NCBI GenBank assembly: GCA_048013815.1
Contig: CM106586.1
Coordinates: 23,746,122 to 23,810,000 of the forward strand
Reading direction: 5' to 3'
Source: Setoptus koraiensis
Taxonomy: Eukaryota; Animalia; Arthropoda
Length of the DNA: 63,879 nt
The position numbers and the translations under genes were made by a program. The notes beneath the pieces were generated by a model. The model did no database searches, was not told where the DNA came from, and was given only the letters and a program-made list of their open reading frames with translations. Of the stretch, positions 1 through 11,057 are shown piece after piece. Every line of letters starts with the position of its first letter. The stretch's first letter is position 1.

Positions 1-440
1 AGATGCACCAATCAATCTTCAGTTGTCAAGAGGACTTTACAACAAATTTTGATATTGCCATGCGATGAACAGCAAGTGAGTGGCATGCGAAGCCGACGAA
101 ATATTTTACAATTGTGTCCAACTTATGAAACGACTAGATTATCTAAAAGTTACTATGTACTACCGCAGTGGTCTTTTTTGTTAGACCTTTATAGAATTTA
201 AATTCATCTTATATCACCAAAGCAAACTTCTTTGATGCAGGATTGACTTGAAGTCTGATTAAGGAGCTTTAGTCGTTAATATACCTTAAACGATTTCGAC
301 AAACTGCTAGATGATGGAAAAAACATGTATTGTATTTGGAGCAGTGGATATACATACTTTGTGTATGATGAAAATGGTGATGATAGTATGAGAAAAGGTG
401 AATAAAATTAGATTCTAAAATAACAACTGTCTTTGAAAAA

Positions 441-1340
441 TCAACTACATTGTGTCTGCGTCATGGAAACACCATTAACTGTGCGTGTAATGGTGCGACA
501 TGAATATCCCGAAGTATGGACATTGACATGGGCTTGATGGTTATTTCTGACCGATCGGAGCTCATCAAGGTTACCGAAAAATGATCTTCCGTCACCAAAT
601 TCTTCCGGTGAGATGACATTCCAACCATGGGTCGCTTGTTGATGCACACTATAATGATTACCGTGAGAAGAAAATGGATTTCCTAGAAATTGCCACTCGT
701 CGTCGTCCATATTGTGGAATAAATCGTCAAGATCGATGCCTCCAAATGAAGCTTTATGGTGGTATTGATGTTGTTGGTGGTGATACTGATGGTGCTGATG
801 TGGATGGGCATGATCATGATGGTGCTGATGTGCATGATCGTGATGAAACGTATTATGTGGGGCATGCCTCATAAATTGGTCCTCGTACTGTCGAAAGAAC
901 TCATTTATGTCAAATTCGTTCATGTTGAAGCCTTGTGTTGACCATTGCTGACCTCCTGGCATGCTAGACCTATTATCGTATTCTTTGCGTTTATTCTCAT
1001 CTGATAGAGTTTCGTAAGCTTTAACAATCTTGATGAAATCATCTTGAGCATTCTTATCTTTGTTTTTGTCTGGATGGTATTTCTTGGCTAATCGCCTAAA
1101 TGCCTTTTGGATCTCTTGTTTCGTTGACTTTTTCTCTACTCCGAGAAGCGTATAGTAGTCATCTTCTGAGGCAATCACACCCAAAATCAATTGGCCCGAT
1201 GCACTTTGATCATTTTCCAAAATTCTTGATATCTGCTGATGTATGGGCTGGATTAACGTCATATAAAGTGTAAGACAGGTGAATATGTTTTGAGCAGTTT
1301 GAAATGAACCTGCCCGACTTGTCATGGCTGACAAGTGCAT
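441..1340 (-). CDS. DNAJB9: DnaJ homolog subfamily B member 9 (ERdj4-like ER co-chaperone), apparently intronless
   Basis: J domain with HPD (YYTLLGV...KKYHPDKN...AYETLSD), G/F-rich middle, and C-terminal CRTITRTVNGVSMTQTQCS resembling the DNAJB9 two-Cys tail. The true start is uncertain (1340 or 1325). Confidence 0.85.
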   Translation of the reverse strand: MHLSAMTSRAGSFQTAQNIFTCLTLYMTLIQPIHQQISRILENDQSASGQLILGVIASEDDYYTLLGVEKKSTKQEIQKAFRRLAKKYHPDKNKDKNAQDDFIKIVKAYETLSDENKRKEYDNRSSMPGGQQWSTQGFNMNEFDINEFFRQYEDQFMRHAPHNTFHHDHAHQHHHDHAHPHQHHQYHHQQHQYHHKASFGGIDLDDLFHNMDDDEWQFLGNPFSSHGNHYSVHQQATHGWNVISPEEFGDGRSFFGNLDELRSVRNNHQAHVNVHTSGYSCRTITRTVNGVSMTQTQCS

Positions 1341-1682
1341 CTCGACTAGACTTGAATGTATTCAATTGTTCAGCAACTGTTCGAATAGGATCTTATAATC
1401 TTTTGTTTAATCCAGTTTCGTTTTGCTAAGGCCAATCATCTAGTAAAATCATCCGATCCTTTAATTATATTTGCACGTTTCATCTATTGCCTAGTTAGTT
1501 GTTTCGCGTCCATGATGTTTCAGCATTTCCAGAGTAAATTAATTTTTCTCTGTAGGTTCTTCAAAAATCCGCTGATTGGAGTAGAATTAATAACTGACGC
1601 AGAATAGAAGTGATGCACAACTGCTTTACAGTGTATCTAGTGAATAGGCTAAAGGCATCGGCACACCACACTCACGTTAATC

Positions 1683-1690
1683 TGACGTGT
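1683..1690. promoter_or_regulatory. UPRE/XBP1-like site TGACGTGT about 340 nt upstream of DNAJB9
   Basis: Matches TGACGTGK; DNAJB9 is a canonical XBP1 target. This is a single motif match. Confidence 0.35.
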
Positions 1691-2286
1691 ATAAATGAAG
1701 GCACGCACTATTTGCGAGTATAATCATGAAAGTACGCAACTTGTTGTGAAAGACCTTCACCTGTTCCAGAGATCTCAAAGTGGAAGGAACGCAAACGATT
1801 GAATAATTGACTACATGCATCATGTAATATTAAAATGTTATAATAATTGTATCAGAAAGGCAGCATCAACCACAAAAGAATACAATTTTCTGTCAGAGTA
1901 ATCTACAGTTTAAAACACCACCCCAACTAATATACGAGAGTCTCATTTGCATTTGATCGCATACAATCAGAGCTACCGATATCTTGACCTTAGACGAATT
2001 TTCCTATGCAGAACATTCATCTCCCAGGTGAAAAAGCGCTCCCATAAATCGGTAAATCATATGCATGGACACTGTGATCCAATATTGTTATCTCATCTGA
2101 CACATTCTAATGAAGGTCTCATGATGCTACAGTTTTATGCCGCAGTTTGAACACTGTTATCGTTCACATATGATCCAAACAAACATAAATCGGGGCATAA
2201 GAGACTGACAATGAGTTTCAGAGGCTGATAAGCAGCGGGACTATAAGTGAGGATCCACATAAGGGGCGCATGAAATCAACACAATT

Positions 2287-3120
2287 TTATTTCAATTCTT
2301 CAGCTAGGAGACCTAAAATCTTGGGCCACTTGCTATACTCTATCAAAATGATACGTCTATGAGCTGTGTATTTTGAATCTGAGTTTAGAGTCCAGCATGC
2401 ACTATCATCTATCTGTTTGGACACATCGCAGTCTGAGTAGCAACAGCAGTTTTCAAACAATATCTCTTCTTCGGGATTCATATATAAAATATCGCCATCT
2501 GTATCACTTGCTTTTGGTTTTGTCGCAGTCGATTCCTTGAGCTTTTTTTTCTTCGACTCTGACATGTGTTTAATCATTATCTTACTAATAAAAACCAAGT
2601 GTGTAAAGTTGAGCGGGTTCATGCTCTCAGTAAGAGCATTCATTGATGGCAAAGCCAACTGAGGGGGCAAATTGATAAATCGTTCATTTATGACCAGTCC
2701 TAATCTATTTACAGCCTCCGGTTTCTGTTCTTTTGATAATAATTTTTTTATATGACTACTCCAATTCATTAATACCTCCCTGACAGAGTTTTCAACAGTT
2801 CGCACCTCAACTTTCGGCACTTGGTTATCTCCTTCAATATTGTCACCTAGGTCAATGAAAGAAACAACGCCGTATATATCGTCATCAGGTTCATCATCTT
2901 CATCTAGATCTTTTTCTTCGTCCGGAGCCTCTGTTGCGATAACCTGTGTTACATCCTTTAACTTGATAATGTAGTCGGCCAAAGCTGCTATGTCGACATT
3001 GGGTAATAATATTTGCTTAAGCAGCGTTGCAACTCCTTGGAGATCCTCTTCAATAGGCGGGTGAAATTCAAAGTTTATTTCAACTTGGTTGTCTGATTTA
3101 CTTGAAGTAGATGCTGCCAT
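2287..3120 (-). CDS. BCCIP: BCCIP/Bcp1 family protein, intronless
   Basis: VEINFEFHPP..DLQGVATLLKQ, acidic loop, YGVVSFIDL, GLVINERFINLPPQLA and NPEEEIL are typical of BCCIP. The ATG at 3120 (MAASTSS) is the likely start within ORF 2287-3216. Confidence 0.88.
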   Translation of the reverse strand: MAASTSSKSDNQVEINFEFHPPIEEDLQGVATLLKQILLPNVDIAALADYIIKLKDVTQVIATEAPDEEKDLDEDDEPDDDIYGVVSFIDLGDNIEGDNQVPKVEVRTVENSVREVLMNWSSHIKKLLSKEQKPEAVNRLGLVINERFINLPPQLALPSMNALTESMNPLNFTHLVFISKIMIKHMSESKKKKLKESTATKPKASDTDGDILYMNPEEEILFENCCCYSDCDVSKQIDDSACWTLNSDSKYTAHRRIILIEYSKWPKILGLLAEELK

Positions 3121-3639
3121 GATAATTCCTAAATGAGACTGATTAAAAGTGGGAGGATTGTATGGAAGACAGTTGTAGCATTTTTGGTGTGGCTCCGACG
3201 GATGACAGCATGTCATGTGAGCATGTGCTGTGCAAGCGCCAGAGTCAGCGACGGAAAATCAGGCAACAGGTCCATGGAACGTGAACGGGCGGAATCTCTA
3301 GAATACTTGACGTGGATGCCAGTAGTGAGGACTGAGGCAAGGATATAAATGGAATCGAATCGATTGAGAGTACAGACAAGTCATTTAATTAGGTGAAAAA
3401 AACTTTTATTCGGCTAAGGGAAGTGGCATTTTCGAGTCATTGTGTGGGACACATTCACCAATTGCATCGATAGCAGGCTTATTTTATGCTGAGTGTTTTC
3501 TGATGTTCGAGATAGCATATGTTATAATGATGAGTTTAATGATGATTAATTTTAGATAGTAAATTTAATCGAAGGTGAATTTGCTGAAATCGTTGTTCCT
3601 GATGCTATGGTCAATGTTCAATTGTCGCGTTTCACCTAA

Positions 3640-5457
3640 TTATTTCTTTCCCTTGACGGCTTTCTCGGCGGCTTTAGTCACTTTACCACCAGACATATCC
3701 TTGGGCTTGACTGCCTTGATGACACCAACAGCGACTGTCTGCCTCATGTCACGGACAGCAAAACGCCCGAGAGGAGGAAAGTCAGTGAAGGTCTCGACAC
3801 ACATGGGTTTTTGAGGTACCAATGTGACAATAGCAGCATCGTTAGATTTGATCGCTTTGGGGTTGTCTTCAATCTTCTTACCAGAACGACGATCGATTTT
3901 TTCAGTGATTTCACGGAACTTGCAGGCAATGTGTGCAGTGTGACAATCCAAAACTGGAGTGTATCCGTTGGTGATTTGGCCAGGGTGATTCAAGACAATA
4001 ACCTGAGCTGTGAACTCTTCGGTTCCCTTGGGTGGATCGTGTTTGCTGTCACCGGCTACGTAACCACGGCGCAACTCCTTGACTGAGACGTTCTTGACGT
4101 TGAAACCAACATTGTCACCTGGAACACCCTCAGTTAAGGCTTCGTGATGCATCTCGACAGACTTGACTTCAGTCGTCAAGTTGACTGGTGCAAATGTTAC
4201 GACCATACCTGGTTTGATGGTTCCGGTTTCAACACGACCCACTGGCACAGTTCCGATACCACCGATCTTGTAGACATCTTGCAGGGGTAGACGTAGGGGC
4301 TTGTCTGTCGGCCTTGCAGGAGGCTCCATGGCATCTAGGGCTTGCAATAGAGTCTTACCCTCGAGCTTGGTACCCTTGCGTTCAATGTTCCATCCTTTGA
4401 ACCATGGCATGTTGGTTGATGGCTCCAACATGTTGTCACCATTCCATCCTGAGATTGGAACAAATGGTACAACTGTTGGATTGAAACCGATTTTCTTGAC
4501 ATATGCTGAAACTTCTTTTTGAATTTCCTCGAAACGAGCTTGGTTGAATGGTGGTTCAGTTTTGTCCATTTTGTTGACACCGACAATCAACTGCTTGACA
4601 CCCAATGTGTATGCAAGGAGAGCGTGTTCACGGGTTTGACCGTTCTTTGAAATACCAGCTTCAAACTCACCAACACCAGCGGCGACGATCAAGATAGCAC
4701 AGTCGGCTTGAGATGTACCAGTAATCATGTTTTTGATGAAATCACGATGACCTGGGGCATCAATAACGGTAACTTCATACTTAGGTGTCTCGAATTTCCA
4801 TAATGTAATATCAATGGTAATACCACGCTCACGTTCAGCTTTCAATTTATCTAAAACCCATGCATATTTGAATGAACCTTTACCCATCTGTGGGTCGACA
4901 TAATGATCAGATTTGGAGAGTGTGGCGTGTTAGTGACATGTAAGAGGTATGGCAATAGGGGGCGCTCTGATGAGTGAACTTAGAATAGGTGAAAATTGGA
5001 AGCGGAGAGATTCATAGACAAATCGAGGAGATTTTGATAGCTGAAGAGAGAATTGATCGACAGTTAACACGAATCAATGGTAACCCGATAGAGGGGTGGC
5101 CTTCAGGCGCGGATAGGTTCGAGTGAAAATCGAGCCGCCATGCTTGCCACACAGACAGGCAATCAAGCCGGAAGTGGAAAGGCGTGCGCAGGCATACGGC
5201 GTGCTATGCGTCCACAAGCTGGCCACACGCACATACACCGAATTATGACTAAGAGAGCTATATGGTGGTGGTAGAGAAAGAATTGTGCGAATATTAATTA
5301 GCCGGCGACTTACCTCTTGGGCCTCTTTCTCGAATTTTTCAATTGTACGCTTGTCAATACCTCCACATTTGTAGATCAAATGTCCGGTTGTCGTACTCTT
5401 ACCAGAGTCGACGTGACCAATAACGACGGTGTTAATATGCGCTTTGTCTTTTCCCAT
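3640..5457 (-). CDS. EEF1A1: Elongation factor 1-alpha; exons 5457-5314 and 4887-3640, intron 4888-5313 (426 nt)
   Basis: [21 protein letters not shown] and [15 protein letters not shown] motifs. The GTAAGT donor after EKEAQE and the CAG acceptor before MGKGSF join in phase 0. Confidence 0.98.
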
Positions 5458-5694
5458 ATTTAATTATCTAATTGAAATTTCTTTATTATGAATTTGTTAA
5501 TATGAATAATGGTATTGATTTTATGTTATATATATGCTGTAACTAATTTTATTTTTTTATTTAGACAACTATGTAAATCTGCGTGTGTGCCTCTCTAAAT
5601 CAAAAACTGAATTAATGATAAAATGTGTTGGTTGTAATTTATATTACTGGATGAACTCGCCGATCGACAATGCTGATGTGTCTGCTCGTTGAAC

Positions 5695-5737
5695 AGAAAA
5701 GAGCGAGCGATAGAACAGAAAATTCCTCCAGTATATA
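5695..5737 (-). promoter_or_regulatory. Candidate EF1A core promoter: TATATA plus TCT/5'TOP-like start (CTCTTTTC)
   Basis: On the minus strand, TATATA at 5737-5732 is followed about 35 nt later by CTCTTTTCTG. A TAG acceptor at 5468 just before the ATG suggests a 5'UTR intron. Confidence 0.4.
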
Positions 5738-6175
5738 GAATGAACTGAATCGGAAAAGATTCGAATAGCCAATAGGCGAGCATTGCACACACACACGCTC
5801 AGTCACCAAGGGAGAGCGCAGACACACACGCACGCATAAGCGAATAATGCCGGTTACTTCGGTGCTTGTGTGTGTGTGCATCAGACAAACACACAGACAA
5901 ACAAACAAGATCAAACGTACACTGGTTGATAACGCACATATTGACAGACGGACCGTTTTCCTTTCATTCCTGTAGGTCCCTTTTCTTCTCCCACTGTTCA
6001 TGCTCTTTAAACGATATGTGTGCACCATTGCATGCCTGTCCGCTCGTGGGCATGAAACCAACATACTGAAGCATAGCAGTTTTCACCAACATGCAAAAAC
6101 CAATGCATGATCCCTTCTCGCCCCCTCCCCCCGGCATATAGGCTTGAGCGTTGAGCAATTTTTGCCCCATACTCT

Positions 6176-6815
6176 CCAACAAGAAAATGGCCGCATTGAT
6201 TCATCATGTGATGGCCTGCTTCCTCTAGAATTCTAATCACACCAGATGGCGTCATCAACATATTTCATAGGCGCTGACTTTGAATGAATCGAATTCTGTT
6301 TCACTATTTTGTTTCAATCGCCCATATGTTTTCTACACAAAAATCCAGAATCGTTAAGGTAATTCACGGCGATACTCACTTCATCATAGCGATGACAGGA
6401 TTACTTTATTGTTGATTTATTTAATTACACGAAATCTAACAGTCAGCATGGACCTGGAGTTAAAAAAAGGATTTCAAGAGCTTCAGGCTCAAGTGATTGA
6501 CACTAGAGCCAAGATAGCCAATATTGATGCATGCTCTAAGATGTGTGCCCACGACGCTAAAGTTAATGAATCAATAATACAGGAATTCGGTAAAGAGGAC
6601 TCAAAAAACTATCTCTACGAGCCAGTGGGAAGAATGTTGGTCAAACGAGAAGGCGAAGACGCCACCAAATTCCTAAATGACCGGTCTAAGCTTTATGAGG
6701 AAAAACTAGCTCAATATAAAGAGGTGAAAGAATTTTGTTTAACCAAAGTGAAGGAAACAGAGAATGGATTGAGAGAACTCGTGAATCGTAAAATAAACAA
6801 GAAATAATCTCAAAT
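6176..6815 (+). repeat. Inverted duplication, left arm (PFDN1 promoter + CDS); partner at 9030-9629
   Basis: Direct alignment, e.g. CCAACAAGAAAATGGCCGC, ACACCAGATGGCGT and AAATCTAACAG..GCATGGACCTGGAGTTAAAAAA all occur reverse-complemented at 9030-9629. Confidence 0.95.
6448..6807 (+). CDS. PFDN1: Prefoldin subunit 1 (119 aa)
   Basis: MDLELKKGFQELQAQVIDT...YEPVGRM...KETENGLRELV matches the PFDN1 pattern (DLELKKAFTELQAKVIDT, YEGVGRMF). A probable 5'UTR intron lies at about 6359-6442. Confidence 0.9.
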   Translation: MDLELKKGFQELQAQVIDTRAKIANIDACSKMCAHDAKVNESIIQEFGKEDSKNYLYEPVGRMLVKREGEDATKFLNDRSKLYEEKLAQYKEVKEFCLTKVKETENGLRELVNRKINKK

Positions 6816-7053
6816 ATACTTAGAATTATACAATTATGCAATAGTTTGGATACTAGGTAACATTGTTATAACATCATTTTTATATCTTTTGTATTGGGTA
6901 CCTCGTAACTTATATCATAATAATTCTGAGTTACTAACGATGTGATGATTATTTTATTTGAGTAAATATCCAGTATAAACTAAAGTATTACTACAACTGA
7001 GACCATGTTTGAATGGTTGAATATAAATCCTCTTTAAAATTGATTAAAATTGC

Positions 7054-8776
7054 TTAAGTTGCGGCAACCCCACCTCCACCGGGTCTCTTCGACGGTGGAA
7101 TCAGGTGACTTGGTAGTTGCGGTGGTAGATCGTGTCCCTGAATTTTGACATTGATTAGATGCATTGCCAAAGCAAATTCATCCGCATCAAGCATACCATC
7201 TCTATCGACATCGGATAGTTTCCATATCTTTCCCAAGACGGTATTTGGTAGTTTGGATTTGATCATTTCCTGCTTTGCGTTGGATCCATTGAGTTTTCCG
7301 TCGACTGGATTCAAAGAGTTAAAGATTTCAACGTACTTTTCTTTGTTTTTCTCAACTATCCAATTGCTATCATACGAGCCGGCATCCACACCCTCACCTC
7401 TACCGTAGCCAAATGGTGATTCATCAACAGTTTCGAATGCGCCACCTTTAAGTTGAGATGGTACGTCAGATTGGGAATCGGTTGCTTGTTCCTGTTTTAG
7501 AAGATGATTAAAAGTCTGGATTAGTATATTTGTATTCTTTAGAAAGAGAGCAATTGATTTTATGAGCACTAACCTGAGGGATTTTAGCCACTAATCTTGC
7601 TATGTCCTGGGCTAGTACTGTGTCTACAGCATCTAGTAATAGTTTTTTGAGAGGATGGAATTTAGTAAAATCGTAATTTATAAGCTTATCTTGCATTTCC
7701 TTCAGATCCGGAAAGTCTCCCCTAGGTATCTGATATTCTCGTTCGATATCGAGATAAATTTGATTAAGATTTTTGATAAGATCTTTCTTTTTGCCCTCTT
7801 TTCCAAACACGGTCGGCATATCTTTACGCAAAGCACTGATAATGTATGCATGAACTTTCGCCAACCTGGCTCTCTTGATTAAATCGTTCAATTTTCGTAA
7901 AGCTGCGTTGCGGGGCAGACTTTGGATATCATTAAACAAATCCTGTTCCTCGGCCTCGAACAGTTTCCTATTTGCATCATAGCGCAACGGTTCATCCCAG
8001 AAAGATCCGATGTAAACTCTTGCAACCTCAGGAGTTTGCAAAACTTTACCTAAAGACCACATGAGAGCTCCGTAGACCCTCATTAGCTGTTGATGTTCGA
8101 TCATGTCTGCTTTGTTGAGAACTATCCTAATCTTATCATCATGACCTCTCAGAGCTTCAATGGAGCGCCTAAATTCATCGGAAATGTCCAATTTGTGAGC
8201 ATCAAACAGGAGGATTATCCTATCAACTCGTTCGGCAAACCATTCCAAAACTCCCGTGAAATCGTAACCACGATCAACACGTTGCTTCTCGCCAGAGAGA
8301 ATACCGGGTGTATCTATGATCGATAACGATTCTAGAACAGGAGAGTTGACTTGCGATACTTGAAAACGGTTCAAGAAGGCATTGCCAAACTTCGCCAATG
8401 GACGGAATTGTTTCTTTGGGTCAACAACTAGAGCATTTCCTGGTACGACACCTTCTTGACCACTCTCGGCGTGCATCACAGCTATGAAACGATCGGTTGT
8501 TGGTTCTGGTCCAATACGAATGCCAGGAAAATCTTTCTCTAATAAATATCTTATAAAAGTTGTCTTACCAGTGGAGTACTGTCCAACTAACAATATCATG
8601 GGCTTGGAATCAAAATCAGCATCTTCTAATGGTGGTGAATGAAAATCGTGGAACATGTAATACTCCTCCAATGGTAGTATTTTTTTCTTGTATATGCGTC
8701 GTAGGCCTTCTACAACGCTCATAAAGAGTTCTGGTTGCCTCTTCCGGCCTTCGTCGCCGTTAACCCAACTAAACAT
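7054..8776 (-). CDS. EHD1: EH domain-containing protein (EHD1/Past1); exons 8776-7574 and 7491-7054, 82-nt intron, 546 aa
   Basis: GQYSTGKT P-loop, GPEPTTDRF, IDTPGILSGEKQRVDRGYDF and a C-terminal EH domain (LPNTVLGKIWKLSDVDRDGMLDADEFALAMHL). Phase-0 GTTAGT...CAG intron. Confidence 0.97.
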
Positions 8777-9029
8777 TTTTAAATCGTTGATTGACGTTTC
8801 CTATAAATGGATGGCCAGTTGACGAGGCGAAGGTGACCCGATTACGTACTGAATGACAAATGGAGATCTGTAAACATCCCCATCGATCGATGTCAGTTTC
8901 GATTGACGGAATGAGCGGTAATTTTGAATAGAAACATGCGCATGAATATTCACTTGTGAATATAGTATGATACCAATAAATATATTATGGTCCCAATTAT
9001 TTCATTCAATGCAGTGTATTCCTAAGAAC

Positions 9030-9629
9030 ATTTGAGATCGTTTCTTGATTATTTTACGGTTCACAGGTCATCTCAATCCTTTCTCTGTTTCCTTTACCTT
9101 GTACGAAATTCTTTCGCTCCTTTGTATTGACCTTCACAAAGTTTAGATCGATCTTGTCTCCACCTCCCCGTTTGACCAACATTCTCCCCACTGGCTCATA
9201 TAGATAGTTTTTTGAGTTCTCTCTACCGATTTCCTGTATTATTGATTCATTAACTTTAGCGTCTCAGGCACACATCATAGAGCATGCATCAATATTGGCT
9301 ATCTCGGATGGTGTCAATCATTTGAGCCTAAAGCTCTCGAAATCCTTTTTTAACTCCAGGTCCATGCTAACTGTTAGATTTCTTCTAATTAAATAAATGA
9401 ACAATACAGTAATTCTGTCATCGCTATTTATAAGTTGATGATGAAATGATCACTTTAGATCGCTATCACCATTCTGAGATCTGTGAAGTAGATGCACTCA
9501 CAAAATAACTTTCGAAAAGTTCATTCAAACACAGCGCCGATGAAATGAGTTGCGCACGCCATCTGGTGTAATTAGATTTCAGGAGGAAGCAGGACATCAC
9601 ATGAATCAACGCGGCCATTTTCTTGTTGG
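9030..9629 (-). repeat. Inverted duplication, right arm
   Basis: Reverse complement aligns with 6176-6815. Confidence 0.95.
9038..9365 (-). pseudogene. PFDN1: PFDN1 pseudogene (inverted copy)
   Basis: Roughly 85-90% identical by eye to 6448-6660. It has a 1-nt deletion in the A-run after the ATG (frameshift), further small deletions, and has lost the stop codon (TAA to CGA). Confidence 0.92.
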
Positions 9630-9810
9630 TAAAATAAGCAGGCGCACCAGCATTGTCGATTCGAGGAGGGTGCATACAACTCAAATTTCAACCAATAGAC
9701 AGGCTGATCAATTGATTATTATCCAATTTATAGTTAATCGCTGACTTATTACACCTTTCTTAATATCTCAACTAAATTAAAGCTAGCTCTCAAACAAGCC
9801 CTCACAAAAA

Positions 9811-10095
9811 ATGGCCAAAAGAACCAAGAAAGTGGGAATTGTAGGAAAGTACGGTACCCGTTACGGAGCCTCACTCAGAAAGCAGATCAAGAAGATAGAA
9901 GTATCTCAGCACTCTAAATATACATGCAGTTTCTGTGGTAAAAATTCAATGAAAAGAACCTGCGTCGGCATTTGGAAATGCAAGGCATGTAACAAAACCG
10001 TCGCCGGGGGAGCTTATGTATACCAAACAACAACAGCCGCCACCATTAGATCGTCTGTACGACGTCTCAAGGAGATGCGTGAACCAGTCCAGTAA
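9811..10095 (+). CDS. RPL37A: 60S ribosomal protein L37a (eL43), intronless CDS
   Basis: [24 protein letters not shown] and a C4 zinc finger (CSFC...CKAC). Confidence 0.98.
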   Translation: MAKRTKKVGIVGKYGTRYGASLRKQIKKIEVSQHSKYTCSFCGKNSMKRTCVGIWKCKACNKTVAGGAYVYQTTTAATIRSSVRRLKEMREPVQ

Positions 10096-10248
10096 TGGCT
10101 GTATTCAACTCAATAATTCAATAAATAACTATTAATTGAAAAAATAACCGCACTTAATTATTTGATTACCGAGACTTCTATGTTGACAGTATTGATACAG
10201 GAAATTCGTAGCAGAGATTATTGCTATTTGGACGATGAAAGTGATCAA

Positions 10249-10832
10249 TCATCTCATGTTACTCTCGGGAACATAGGAACTTATACCTCCACCTTCAATT
10301 TCCTCAGTTGCGAAGTCTACCTCCAGGATTATATCCCGTATCTCAGCCAATTTATCCTTGCTCTTCTCCATTTTTGATTCATCTATAGTTTTCTGACATT
10401 GGAAACTTTTGAAGTCCTTGAAGGAATCCAAGCAAAATTGTTGAACCTCTTTTCTCTCCTCCTCCAGCTTACTCAGAGCGGCTCTCTTGTTGTCTATCCA
10501 AGTCATCAAGCATTCGATCTCTACGTCGGTTCGGTTATTATTGTTCCTTGCCTCACTCAAGAGTTCGCCAGATTCTCGAATTTTGGAATTAGTTTGTCTG
10601 AGTTTACTTTCGAGATCCTGCAATTCAATTCCTAGACTCTCTAGGTTTCTCTGGTCAGCAGACATGTTCGATTTCTCGCGTTTTCTTAATAATTGTAGTT
10701 CTAAAATCTGACTTGAAGTATCTGTAATAAGAAAAATTTATTTGGAAGTAAAGCGACTCAATCAAACATTGAGGAACAAGAAGAATTCTAAATGTTACCT
10801 AATAGTCTGAAACAATTGAAACACCGACGCAT
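10249..10832 (-). CDS. Uncharacterised coiled-coil protein; exons 10832-10799 and 10721-10249 (168 aa) or start at 10665
   Basis: Open frame rich in E/K/L with heptad character. A 77-nt GTAACA...TTACAG intron joins an upstream ATG in frame. No family recognised. Confidence 0.6.
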
Positions 10833-11057
10833 GCGCAGTGAAAATAACCCAAATGTTCTAGAGGCCGACCCTGAAGTAGGTTATATTTTATTGGTTTCAA
10901 AGATACAGTTTATCATTCACAATGACTTGTTGCAAATGATGTTTTTCTGTTACACTAAGCCTGTGATTATTGCATCTCGATTGCGATAGTTTTTGCTTAC
11001 TGAAATTGGCGACTTCGATATATGTGATCTATTATTATTATCTATACAGACATTTTA

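Noticed and set aside
1-402. Frame +1 open stretches (1-198 and 280-402) that look like a gene end
   Set aside because: They are separated by four stops, no GT-AG pair joins them in frame, and no motif is recognisable.
1610-1686. Possible C/D snoRNA (GTGATGC...CTGA)
   Set aside because: The C box is imperfect, there is no terminal stem, and no rRNA-complementary guide was recognised.
5116-5124. GGTTCGAGT B-box-like word in the EF1A intron
   Set aside because: No A box at the proper spacing and no cloverleaf; not a tRNA.
5428-5430. EF1A HINTVVIG instead of the usual HINIVVIG
   Set aside because: A single substitution that cannot be distinguished from a sequencing error or neutral change.
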